IMG/VR virus record: IMGVR_UViG_3300027597_000005
Coordinates: 1-57,932 of that record
Length of the DNA stretch: 57,932 nucleotides
Origin: a virus
Lineage: Duplodnaviria; Caudoviricetes
Direction: 5' to 3' (one strand)
Numbering within the stretch: the first letter of the stretch is position 1; each line of letters opens with the position of its first letter. The notes under the pieces were generated by a model that did not search any database, was not told the DNA's origin, and saw nothing but the letters and a program-made list of their open reading frames with translations. Shown piece after piece: positions 36,750-45,699 of the stretch. Both the position numbers and the translations under genes were made by a program.

Positions 36750-37322
36750 ATGAATAGGTTTGAAGACATTCTTGTTGAAGAACATACGGTAGTTTATGAA
36801 GGGGTTTTGGATGTATTGATGCGTAGATCAATACCAGAACGTGTACTCCATGCAAAGTCTGACAGTGATTTTATGACACTTCACCGTCATTTTGCCACTA
36901 GTGACGACAAAGAAGGATTTGATGATTTACGTGCAAAGACCCCAGATTCAGCCTATCATAAGTTGGCTACTAGTTATAATTACAAAGATCGTATGATTGC
37001 TGCCCAACATGCGCCACATCCAGTTTTGACAAAGATGGTTGATGATATTAACACAAATGTTAAGGAAAAATTGGCGGCGCATGCCCCGCAATTTCATGAA
37101 TATATGGCAAGTGATAATGCTCCATCAGTACGTCACACTGTAGCAAAGCATACCACCCGTCATAATGTGTTGCATAAATTAGCAAGTGATTTAGACCCTC
37201 GTGTTGCAACAACTGCTATTCACCGTGCTCGCTCGGTTTTAAGTGGAAGTTCCTTGGATGATGTTGAAAAAACATACAAACGCTCTCATCCAAATGGTTA
37301 TAACGGTGATATGTTTACTTAA
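36750..37322 (+). CDS. HEAT/LRV-like repeat protein
   Basis: Repeated LA.D....VR..VA.H pattern. Confidence 0.6.
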   Translation: MNRFEDILVEEHTVVYEGVLDVLMRRSIPERVLHAKSDSDFMTLHRHFATSDDKEGFDDLRAKTPDSAYHKLATSYNYKDRMIAAQHAPHPVLTKMVDDINTNVKEKLAAHAPQFHEYMASDNAPSVRHTVAKHTTRHNVLHKLASDLDPRVATTAIHRARSVLSGSSLDDVEKTYKRSHPNGYNGDMFT

Positions 37323-37335
37323 TTGATACACATGG

Positions 37336-37378
37336 GTTCACGAAAGATGATATACTCTTATTATCATCTTTCGTGAAC
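37336..37378. promoter_or_regulatory. Perfect 17-bp hairpin just upstream of a start codon, TATACT at the loop
   Basis: GTTCACGAAAGATGATA / TATCATCTTTCGTGAAC with a 9-nt loop. Confidence 0.7.
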
Positions 37379-37383
37379 AAATC

Positions 37384-37731
37384 ATGATTACACACTCTCT
37401 TTTTTCAATTCCTTCTGACCAAGATCAACTCATTGTTTCGTCTCATTGTCTAACTCGTTTTATGCAACGTTTTCGTTTACATATGACACTGACAGAAACA
37501 CAATCAAAGAAAATGCAGATACGCCTTATCAAGAAACTTGTCATGAGTGGATATGTACAACGCAAGTATGAGTTCTGCCCATTCTATGTCAATAAACAAT
37601 CAACAAAGCATAAACATGGTGATGCTTCTTACGTGAAAACGAAAAGCGGTATTTTTATTTTAAAGCCGAGTGCAGAAGACCCATCTAAAATTATGATTTT
37701 GACGGTTGTTAGACATATGGGGGAGATATAA
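37384..37731 (+). CDS. Hypothetical protein
   Basis: VSSHCLTRFMQRF motif; 115 aa. Confidence 0.65.
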   Translation: MITHSLFSIPSDQDQLIVSSHCLTRFMQRFRLHMTLTETQSKKMQIRLIKKLVMSGYVQRKYEFCPFYVNKQSTKHKHGDASYVKTKSGIFILKPSAEDPSKIMILTVVRHMGEI

Positions 37732-37752
37732 CAGAAAGTGTACAAAATGGGG

Positions 37753-37781
37753 TTGCATATTTCATGTTATTTTGTTATAAT
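37753..37781 (+). promoter_or_regulatory. sigma70-type promoter
   Basis: TTGCAT-17 bp-TATAAT with TG extension. Confidence 0.7.
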
Positions 37782-37816
37782 CCTTGCAAAATTAAAAGAG
37801 AACAAGAGATAAGAAA

Positions 37817-38467
37817 ATGAGCAATGAAATATTTTTCACAAGTGACCTCCATTTCGGTCATGGTAATGTAATAAAATATTCGAACCGTCCTTTTATGGAT
37901 CAGTTTGAACGTCATGAGTATGACAAAGCAAAAGCTAACCTAACTCCCGCAGAATACCGTGAGTTTGAACGCCGCTTTAAACTAAGTCGTGAGACTGTTG
38001 AACGCATGGATAATACCATGATTGAGCGTTTCAATTCCAAGGTTCTTCCTAACTCCACGGTATACATCCTTGGTGATGTTGCATTCTACAAAGAGGTTTC
38101 CACCACCATTTCTTTGTTGAAACGAATGAATGGTCGTAAGATTTTGATTGCAGGTAATCATGATAAGTACATGGTAAAAGATCGTGCATTCCGTGATTGT
38201 TTTGAACAGGTTCGTGATTTCATGGAAATAAAACATGAAAACCAAAGTATAACATTATGTCACTATGCTATGCTAACGTGGAATAAGAGCCATCATGGCG
38301 CTTGGATGTTGCATGGCCATAGTCATGGTTCACTGCCTGATGATAACACTCAATTACGCATAGATGTTGGCGTTGATTGTCATGATTTTTATCCAATTTC
38401 TTTTAGTGAAGTAAAAGAAATTATGTCTAAGAAGAAATACTCACCGATTGATCATCACGGGGAATAA
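37817..38467 (+). CDS. Calcineurin-like metallophosphoesterase
   Basis: SDLHFGH, LGDV, GNHD, CHY, LHGHSHG, DVGVD. Confidence 0.92.
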   Translation: MSNEIFFTSDLHFGHGNVIKYSNRPFMDQFERHEYDKAKANLTPAEYREFERRFKLSRETVERMDNTMIERFNSKVLPNSTVYILGDVAFYKEVSTTISLLKRMNGRKILIAGNHDKYMVKDRAFRDCFEQVRDFMEIKHENQSITLCHYAMLTWNKSHHGAWMLHGHSHGSLPDDNTQLRIDVGVDCHDFYPISFSEVKEIMSKKKYSPIDHHGE

Positions 38468-38472
38468 CCCCC

Positions 38473-38682
38473 GTGGATTATTCATCTTCTAATTCGTCGA
38501 ATAATAAATCTTACAATGATGAACGTTGTTTTAGTGGTATGCAATCAAGAGCACATGGAATTACAGACAAAGGAATAAACCGCATGCTCGATAGCTCTTG
38601 TAAAAAAGACTATGGGTATTATTACCATGACTCCATATATGATGAAGTCGATGAATGGCATTGTCAGAATGATGAATGTTAA
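38473..38682 (+). CDS. Small Tyr/Asp/Cys-rich protein
   Basis: GTG start after GGGGA; coupled to its neighbours. Confidence 0.55.
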   Translation: MDYSSSNSSNNKSYNDERCFSGMQSRAHGITDKGINRMLDSSCKKDYGYYYHDSIYDEVDEWHCQNDEC

Positions 38683-38918
38683 AACACTTAATTATTATCG
38701 TCACTTGTGGTTAGAACCACGGTAATGAATTAAACGAAAAAATTAAAACGCTTTATAGTCGTAAAATGTTTGACTATATGTTTTCAAAGTTTGATCGTTC
38801 TATAATGAAAATACCAATTGATACTATAACACATAACGATTTTTCGGATGAAGTTGAGTTTTTGAACAATTTTAATGATGAGGGGTTGACGTTCCGTAGT
38901 CAACATAGTAATGACTAA

Positions 38919-39119
38919 ATGAGCAATAGTACATCAATATTCGATCATCAATGCATGTTTAATTATACAACGTCTAGGGATATGTTTTATATTTATGACG
39001 AATCACGTGATGATAATCCTAAACCGCAAAAATATTGTAATCCTGTAAAATATAATACAGACCGTTATAATGAATGTTATGATGACGTTTCTTATAATAC
39101 CCAATCCAAAAATGATTAA
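38919..39119 (+). CDS. Small Tyr/Asp/Cys-rich protein
   Basis: ATG directly follows an upstream TAA; 66 aa. Confidence 0.55.
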   Translation: MSNSTSIFDHQCMFNYTTSRDMFYIYDESRDDNPKPQKYCNPVKYNTDRYNECYDDVSYNTQSKND

Positions 39120-39137
39120 TAACACCAAGAGTATAAA

Positions 39138-40187
39138 ATGACTTTTTTACAAACAAATTATATAGCTTCTCACGAAACTTCCAACAACCCAATTGTAAAC
39201 TCCTATCAAGCAATTTTATCTAAACGATTGTCGGAGATGTTTTCACGAACTAATTATTATAATTCTGGTTTTGGATATTTTTATATAACAAAGCAGAACT
39301 TATTTCGTTTGAAGGCATTGTTGGAAGAAAAACAATGTTTAATTTATCACTTTTCTGGTTCTTCAAAAGAGTTTATCTATATTACCAATGATAATGAAGA
39401 AATCGTAAAAGTTAACTTTATATCAGAAGTAAATGATTGTGTTGAAGAATCTTACAAGATGTCGTATAACTCTATTATGAGAACTTGTAGTAAAACATTA
39501 GAGTTTTTGGAAATATTGAAAGATGTTTCTTTTGTTCCTCCTAATAAGATGAAAGTATACAATTATTATTTTCAAGAAGGAAAAATTGTATATAATGAAA
39601 TGTTGATGGATGTTACCCCGTCGTTGAACCAATTGGCGTATCCGTATATCAAAAACATGCATCAATATTTTGAAGATTATTTTAACAATGAACGCAGTGT
39701 CTGCATCTTTAAAGGACAACCCGGAACAGGTAAGACCACATTAATTCGTTCTTTGATGGCCAAATATACACCTCAAGATGTTCCCGTATTTTATACTAAC
39801 TCGGATCGTGCTATTGAGTCTGATCAATTGTTCAGTGAGTTCTTGACTTCTTCTGCAAAGTCTATTGTTTTTGAGGATATTGATATCCATTTGACTGCAC
39901 GTAATGATGGTAATTTGACAATGTATCGTTTGCTTGCAGCATCTGATGGTTTCATTAAGTCTCCAATCAATAGTAAGAAAATCCTTATTTCTACAAACTT
40001 ACCTAACATTCGTGAAATGGATAATGCATTGACTCGCCCCGGTCGTTGTCAAGGTATCATTGATTTCCGTGCATTGGATTATACCGAATCCTGTGCATTC
40101 ATGGAGTCTATTAAACAAGATTATTCGTGGTTGGATAGTAAGAAGAAATATACCTTGGCAGAATTGTATAATCCGGAATTGAAATAA
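39138..40187 (+). CDS. AAA+ ATPase
   Basis: GQPGTGKTT, IVFEDID, STN, DNALTRPGRC. Confidence 0.88.
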   Translation: MTFLQTNYIASHETSNNPIVNSYQAILSKRLSEMFSRTNYYNSGFGYFYITKQNLFRLKALLEEKQCLIYHFSGSSKEFIYITNDNEEIVKVNFISEVNDCVEESYKMSYNSIMRTCSKTLEFLEILKDVSFVPPNKMKVYNYYFQEGKIVYNEMLMDVTPSLNQLAYPYIKNMHQYFEDYFNNERSVCIFKGQPGTGKTTLIRSLMAKYTPQDVPVFYTNSDRAIESDQLFSEFLTSSAKSIVFEDIDIHLTARNDGNLTMYRLLAASDGFIKSPINSKKILISTNLPNIREMDNALTRPGRCQGIIDFRALDYTESCAFMESIKQDYSWLDSKKKYTLAELYNPELK

Positions 40188-40188
40188 A

Positions 40189-40407
40189 ATGGAAGGAAAT
40201 CTATTATTGACCGAAGATTCTGAAAAAGATGGAAGATGCTATCAAAATTGGCGTGAAAATATAGATTATAAAGTTTTTAGAGATATGGAAACTAAAGAGT
40301 TTATAGAACGTGCGTACACTAACCATAATAGACCTTTATCATCTGATTTTGAATCTATAGTAGATTGTAGTGAATACATAATAACATTTAACACTAAACA
40401 TGATTAA
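40189..40407 (+). CDS. Small hypothetical protein
   Basis: Coupled between the AAA ATPase and the methyltransferase. Confidence 0.55.
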   Translation: MEGNLLLTEDSEKDGRCYQNWRENIDYKVFRDMETKEFIERAYTNHNRPLSSDFESIVDCSEYIITFNTKHD

Positions 40408-40990
40408 CGATATACCAAAGGGTAAAAATTTTTCCACAAATAATGTTTCAGGAAATCGTAAAAAGTCAGATTTTTATGAAACCCCATATTCACTAACTCA
40501 ACAATTTCTTCAAGCACATTCTTTTTATGGGGATGTGCTTGAGCCTGCTTGTGGTGATGGTGCTATTGTAAAGGTTTTGGAAGAAAATGGTTACAATGTA
40601 ACTGCGTTTGACGTAGAAGTTGATTTTTTGAAATACAATGGCACCATAGATAACATTATAACAAACCCACCTTTTTCATTGGCATATGAGTTCATACTAC
40701 ATGCTAAAAAGATTGCTACACGTCAGATAGCTATGCTTTTGCCACTTTCTTACTTGCATGGTAAGAAGCGTTACGATAACATATATTGTGATAAGGACTT
40801 TTCATTGAGGGCTGTGTATGTTTATACACGTTATCCATTATTAGGAGAAAAACTTAGGGAAGATGGTAAGTATAAAACTGGAATGATGGTGTATGCATGG
40901 TTTGTTTTTGATAAAGAACATAGTGGCCCACCAGAAATACATTGGTTAGATAATAATGAATATGTTTTGAATAGTAAGGATAAAATATGA
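40400..40990 (+). CDS. Amino-DNA (N6-adenine-type) methyltransferase
   Basis: DFYETP, LEPACGDGAI (SAM motif), IITNPPF. Confidence 0.88.
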   Translation: MINDIPKGKNFSTNNVSGNRKKSDFYETPYSLTQQFLQAHSFYGDVLEPACGDGAIVKVLEENGYNVTAFDVEVDFLKYNGTIDNIITNPPFSLAYEFILHAKKIATRQIAMLLPLSYLHGKKRYDNIYCDKDFSLRAVYVYTRYPLLGEKLREDGKYKTGMMVYAWFVFDKEHSGPPEIHWLDNNEYVLNSKDKI

Positions 40991-41310
40991 AAGTAATGAA
41001 ACACCCATTTGCTTTGACAAATGATACATTAAAAGACCATTATATGATAATTGATGGCGACTACAAAGGTAGTGTTTATGAACTGAAAAATGTTCGCTTT
41101 GGTGGGGATGCTGAGATTATGTTTGATTTGGACTTAGTTGCATTGCAATTTAAGGAAAGACCAGTGACCGATATATTCCTTATAAATTACCATTTTGGTA
41201 TTATACAACAAAAGGTTAGTGATTTGGTTGTTGAAGCATTGAAATCGTATATTGATGCCAATACAGATAAAGAAGCTGCCAACATAGCGGACAAACCTGT
41301 ACGTGAGTGA
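40987..41310 (+). CDS. Hypothetical protein
   Basis: ATGA-coupled ORF. Confidence 0.65.
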   Translation: MKVMKHPFALTNDTLKDHYMIIDGDYKGSVYELKNVRFGGDAEIMFDLDLVALQFKERPVTDIFLINYHFGIIQQKVSDLVVEALKSYIDANTDKEAANIADKPVRE

Positions 41311-41617
41311 AAAGAAAAAACTCATACGCCAAAACTTTCGTGAGTCTGTTTTTGGACGTGACGGATATAAATGTGTCTTTTGTGATATTACTGAAACCCT
41401 TGATGCACATCATATAACCGATAGAAAAGAAATGCCAAACGGAGGCTATGTTGCCTCTAATGGCATTTCTTTATGTCATGAACATCATATGTTAGTTGAA
41501 GATTGGCATGTTTATGGTGAAGTTATAGAAGAACGTTATCATCCAAATAATCTTTATCAGATGGTTGGAAGTTCATACGAAAAGGCATATTTGGATTCTT
41601 TGAAATTGGGGAATTAA
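41303..41617 (+). CDS. HNH endonuclease
   Basis: VFGRDGYKCVFC, LDAHHI, NGISLCHEHH. Confidence 0.85.
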   Translation: MSEKKKLIRQNFRESVFGRDGYKCVFCDITETLDAHHITDRKEMPNGGYVASNGISLCHEHHMLVEDWHVYGEVIEERYHPNNLYQMVGSSYEKAYLDSLKLGN

Positions 41618-41811
41618 TGCTTTCAAATTATAAAAATGATAAAAGTAATTGTTGGTTTAGTGATGATAATATCATTCATGATATGGCTAAACATAATAGG
41701 TCGTATAATTATAGGTATTGTAATGGTGATGACGACTTTTATCGACCATGCTGTGAACATGAAGACCTCTCTATTAGTGAAAATTGTTTTGACGAAGGTG
41801 TTGGTGATTAA
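41617..41811 (+). CDS. Small Tyr/Asp/Cys-rich protein
   Basis: TAATG coupling with the HNH gene. Confidence 0.5.
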   Translation: MLSNYKNDKSNCWFSDDNIIHDMAKHNRSYNYRYCNGDDDFYRPCCEHEDLSISENCFDEGVGD

Positions 41812-41839
41812 TATTAACAAAGTGATGGAAATACGGTAA

Positions 41840-42772
41840 ATGGAAATAAAAGAAAGGTTTGAAGGTGCATTGTTTGGTCTTGCGTGTGGTGATGCCGTGG
41901 GGGCACCAGCCGAATGGAAGCCAAGAGAATGGCTTGACCAAAACCCTATTACTGGAATGCAGGATAGTGTTAGTCATGATTTAAAGGCAGGTCAATTTAC
42001 CGATGATACCAGCATGGCTTTATGTTTGGCGCAAAGCTTGATTGACAGTGATGGTGTGGATCAGTTAGACCAAATGAGGAAGTATGCCCAATGGTTTATG
42101 CAAGGGTATATGGGATGTAACCAAAAGTGCAATGGTATTGGACGTACTACACGTTTAGCAATACAGGATTTTTTACAGACAGGAAATTATGTCTGTACAG
42201 AAAACAATCCTGAGAAAGCTGGTAATGGTAGTATTATGCGCTTAGCGCCATTGCCAATGTTTTACTTTCAAGATTTTAATGGTCTTATGAAGGCTACTGT
42301 TAAATCTACACAAACAACACATGGTTCATATGAGTCAATTTATGGAGCAGTATTGTTTTCAATTTACATGCATCGTGCGTTGCTTGGTGTTAAAAAGGAA
42401 AACATCATATCACCTGTTCATTTCTTGGCTAACGATAAAAATACATCTGATGGGTTGAAGAAAATAATTTTTGGTGAATACCTTAATAAAGATTATGATT
42501 CTATCAAGGGTACAGGTTATATTATTGAGTCTCTTGAAGCAGCATTGTGGTGTTTTTATAAAACCGATAATTATAAAGATGCTGTTTTAATGGCGGTTAA
42601 TCAAGGTTATGATGCAGATACAACGGCTGCTATTGTTGGTCAATTGGCAGGTGCACATTACGGTGTTAACAATATTCCTACAGAATGGTTGCAAGTTTTG
42701 GATATGTATGATACTATAGATGGAATTATTGGGACAATATATAATAAAGTTGAAAAACGTTTAATACTATAA
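41840..42772 (+). CDS. ADP-ribosylglycohydrolase (DraG/ARH family)
   Basis: GLACGDAVG, FTDDT, AGNGSIMR.AP, TH, AVNQGYDADTTAAI.GQLAGA. Confidence 0.93.
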   Translation: MEIKERFEGALFGLACGDAVGAPAEWKPREWLDQNPITGMQDSVSHDLKAGQFTDDTSMALCLAQSLIDSDGVDQLDQMRKYAQWFMQGYMGCNQKCNGIGRTTRLAIQDFLQTGNYVCTENNPEKAGNGSIMRLAPLPMFYFQDFNGLMKATVKSTQTTHGSYESIYGAVLFSIYMHRALLGVKKENIISPVHFLANDKNTSDGLKKIIFGEYLNKDYDSIKGTGYIIESLEAALWCFYKTDNYKDAVLMAVNQGYDADTTAAIVGQLAGAHYGVNNIPTEWLQVLDMYDTIDGIIGTIYNKVEKRLIL

Positions 42773-42803
42773 TAATTCACATAATTCATATCAAGGATGT
42801 AAA

Positions 42804-44660
42804 ATGACAAATAATGATAATTTTAAGGTTCTAACGGACGAAGAACATTTAAAGCTTAGACCCTCCATGTATATCGGCTCTGTTGACGAGACTGATATAT
42901 CAACATATTTTATAAACCTATCTGATGGGGTATTATCAGAAGCGGAATATAAATCAATAAAGATAGTTCCCGGCCTTGCAAAGATAATCAATGAAATCAT
43001 TGACAATAGTGTTGATGAAAGTATTAGAACCAATGGGAAATATGCGAACAAAATAGACATATCCATGAAAGAAAACCTAGATGGTTTTCTGGTGACAGTA
43101 CGTGATAACGGTCGTGGTATTCCTATTGTAAAACCAGATGGTGTTGATGAATACAGACCAGTATTATCTTGGTCTAGGGCACGTTCTGGCACTTCTTTTG
43201 ATGCTAACCGTGTTACGTTAGGTGCTAATGGCGTTGGGTCATTTGCAACATATGTTTTTTCAACCAAGTTTTTTGGGGAGACGCATGATGGTACACATGG
43301 TTTGACTTTTCAAAAAGACGGTATGATAACAAAAGTCACTAAATCTAAAAAGAATTTCACCGAAGTTACCTTTTTACCAGATTTGGAACAATTCAACAAG
43401 GGTGAAGTTTCTTTTAATAATCATGCTGAATATATCAGACAACGATTGATAAACTTGTCCATATGTTATCCTAAGATTAAGTTTACTTTTAATGGTGATT
43501 TGGTTTCCATACATGATATGTCTGCGTTAGCAACATCATTTTATAAAGATAATATTATTGTTAAGGAAAATGATTTCACAATTATAATAGGTTCTACTGC
43601 CGAGTTCCAAGAGTTTAGATTCCATTCGTATGTTAATGGTTTACATACTCCAAATGGCGGCGCAGTTGTTGATTATATCACTTCCGAAGTGTGTAGTCTT
43701 CTTCAACCACTAATAAAAAAGAAGCATAAGATTGAAGTAACACCAAGTCAAATAAAAAATAATTTGTTTCTTGGTTTGTATGTTGTTAATTTTCAAAACT
43801 TGAAGTTTGATTCACAAACTAAAGAAAAAATAACAAACAGTCGTAATGAAGTTGCTGAGTTTTTTAAAGGTTATGATTTCACTGGTTTGGCTAAGAAGAT
43901 TTTAACAACTGAAAATATCATCAATCCAATAATACAATCTATACTTGCAAAGAAAGAATTAGCTGAACGCTTGGAGTTAGCTAGAAAACAAAAGAAATCA
44001 CAGAAATTAGATATTGTAAACCATATACAAGCAACATATCCTGAACCAGAGGAACGAATATTATTTGTTGCAGAAGGTCTTTCCGCTATGTCCCCTTTAT
44101 TGGCTACTAGAAAATCCACGAAAATTGGTGGTTATCCCCTGCGTGGTAAGATTTTGAATGTCACTGGAATGAAGTATAACGCCATAATGGATAACGTCAC
44201 CGTGTCTGAATTGATATCAGTCATTGGATTGCATCTTGGAAAACCACCACAGGATTTGAATTATGGAAAAATTGCGATTATGACGGATGCTGACGTTGAC
44301 GGTATCAGTATCAGAATGCAATTGGTTAATCTGTTCTATTTGTGGGGAACAAGGTTGTTTGATGAAAAACGTGTGTTCATAGTTAAGACACCTTTATTAT
44401 CCGCTCAAAAAGGAAATGATTTAAGACTTTATTATTCGTTTGATGAATACAATAAAGATAAGAAGAATATAAGGGGTTATGAGGAAACATATTTTAAAGG
44501 TCTTGGTACTATGCCACTAGAAGTGTATGAACAGTGCATTAATAATCCTAAATTGGTTCCTATAACATTATCGTCGGAATCTGATAAACGTCATTTAGAA
44601 ATGGCTTTCGGAGATGATTCTGATATGAGAAAGAAATGGTTGTTGGGTGAGTTTAAATGA
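42804..44660 (+). CDS. gp39: DNA topoisomerase II large subunit (gp39+gp60 fused; ATPase plus TOPRIM)
   Basis: RPSMYIGS, EIIDNSVDE, DNGRGIP, GANGVG, EGLSA, PLRGK, TDADVDG, KGLG. Confidence 0.95.
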   Translation: MTNNDNFKVLTDEEHLKLRPSMYIGSVDETDISTYFINLSDGVLSEAEYKSIKIVPGLAKIINEIIDNSVDESIRTNGKYANKIDISMKENLDGFLVTVRDNGRGIPIVKPDGVDEYRPVLSWSRARSGTSFDANRVTLGANGVGSFATYVFSTKFFGETHDGTHGLTFQKDGMITKVTKSKKNFTEVTFLPDLEQFNKGEVSFNNHAEYIRQRLINLSICYPKIKFTFNGDLVSIHDMSALATSFYKDNIIVKENDFTIIIGSTAEFQEFRFHSYVNGLHTPNGGAVVDYITSEVCSLLQPLIKKKHKIEVTPSQIKNNLFLGLYVVNFQNLKFDSQTKEKITNSRNEVAEFFKGYDFTGLAKKILTTENIINPIIQSILAKKELAERLELARKQKKSQKLDIVNHIQATYPEPEERILFVAEGLSAMSPLLATRKSTKIGGYPLRGKILNVTGMKYNAIMDNVTVSELISVIGLHLGKPPQDLNYGKIAIMTDADVDGISIRMQLVNLFYLWGTRLFDEKRVFIVKTPLLSAQKGNDLRLYYSFDEYNKDKKNIRGYEETYFKGLGTMPLEVYEQCINNPKLVPITLSSESDKRHLEMAFGDDSDMRKKWLLGEFK

Positions 44661-45121
44661 ATACAATGGAATTGGATGTAACTAACTTGGAAATAAATGA
44701 TTCATCAATAGAGTTTAATGGGTTAGCTTTTACCCAAACTAATGCCGATAAGCGTGATGAGAATAACATAATGATAGCAATGGACAACTATAAGTCATTT
44801 TGTGAAGCTGCTGTTGAAAAAGAGCGAAATCAATTGTATGAGAAAATTGACAAGGCATTATTTGAATTGAAAGAAAATCAAATGTTAATTTATGTTCCAA
44901 AAGATATGAAAGTAATTGGTGTTAAAAGTGCATTTGTTACTAAATTATTTAAAAATGAATTAAAGGAAAAATCTAAATCTAGATATTTTAAAGCACAAAT
45001 ATTGGAAATATGCTGTGAATATAAAGATTCTGATGGAAATGTAAAAACAGAGTGGATACTACTAACACATTATTCACCGACACAATTTATTAAAAAAATA
45101 ATAACAGAGGAAATACTATAA
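44657..45121 (+). CDS. Hypothetical protein
   Basis: ATGA-coupled ORF. Confidence 0.65.
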   Translation: MNTMELDVTNLEINDSSIEFNGLAFTQTNADKRDENNIMIAMDNYKSFCEAAVEKERNQLYEKIDKALFELKENQMLIYVPKDMKVIGVKSAFVTKLFKNELKEKSKSRYFKAQILEICCEYKDSDGNVKTEWILLTHYSPTQFIKKIITEEIL

Positions 45122-45630
45122 TGGTTAATAAAATAGATTTAAGTAAAGACCCAAATATTCTCGTATATGGCGGTCTTGAGTATGATTCAGCGTGTGTTGA
45201 TGATGTTGTACCAGAAGAAGAACCATTAAAAGATGATGAAATTATTACTTTATGGGGTGTTAAGCATGTCAATGAAGTTAAAAATGAACTGGTTGATGAT
45301 TCTCTCGGTGCAATGTATAACCGCATTTTGACACTTATTGCAGAATCTACTCCTAGTAAGTATGTCACATATAATAAAGAACGTGTTGTAGGAGTTAGAC
45401 GTTTTGAGGAAGTTATGGTTACTAAAGAATCATTTTTCCAAACAAATGCGTATAACTTCACTAGAAACGTAGAACGTCTTAAAAATGAATACGCAAATGA
45501 TAAGTTGGAAATATGTGTTGTCACTTCTTCTGCTGATGCTGATATTAACGGTCGTAAGTGGATACAATCGCCGCCGACATTTGTAAATTTTGCTATTGTT
45601 GAAATTAATGAAAAGCCGATATATCGTTAA
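45121..45630 (+). CDS. Hypothetical protein with a weak gp23-like segment
   Basis: GAGG RBS; see findings. Confidence 0.65.
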   Translation: MVNKIDLSKDPNILVYGGLEYDSACVDDVVPEEEPLKDDEIITLWGVKHVNEVKNELVDDSLGAMYNRILTLIAESTPSKYVTYNKERVVGVRRFEEVMVTKESFFQTNAYNFTRNVERLKNEYANDKLEICVVTSSADADINGRKWIQSPPTFVNFAIVEINEKPIYR

Positions 45631-45699
45631 GATATCGGCTTTAACTATTATCACATAATTTACATATTTTTACTAAACACATATAAATGGATTTAAAAA

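Noticed and set aside
40400-41617. Methyltransferase plus HNH as a restriction-modification system
   Set aside because: The genes are not adjacent and both are common stand-alone phage genes; no further support
42791-43267. 158-aa minus-strand ORF
   Set aside because: Antisense to conserved topoisomerase motifs
42804-44660. T4 gene 60-type ribosomal bypass or split topoisomerase
   Set aside because: ATPase and TOPRIM regions are in one uninterrupted frame
44657-45121. Possible resemblance to the gp23 N-terminus
   Set aside because: Too few matching residues to support
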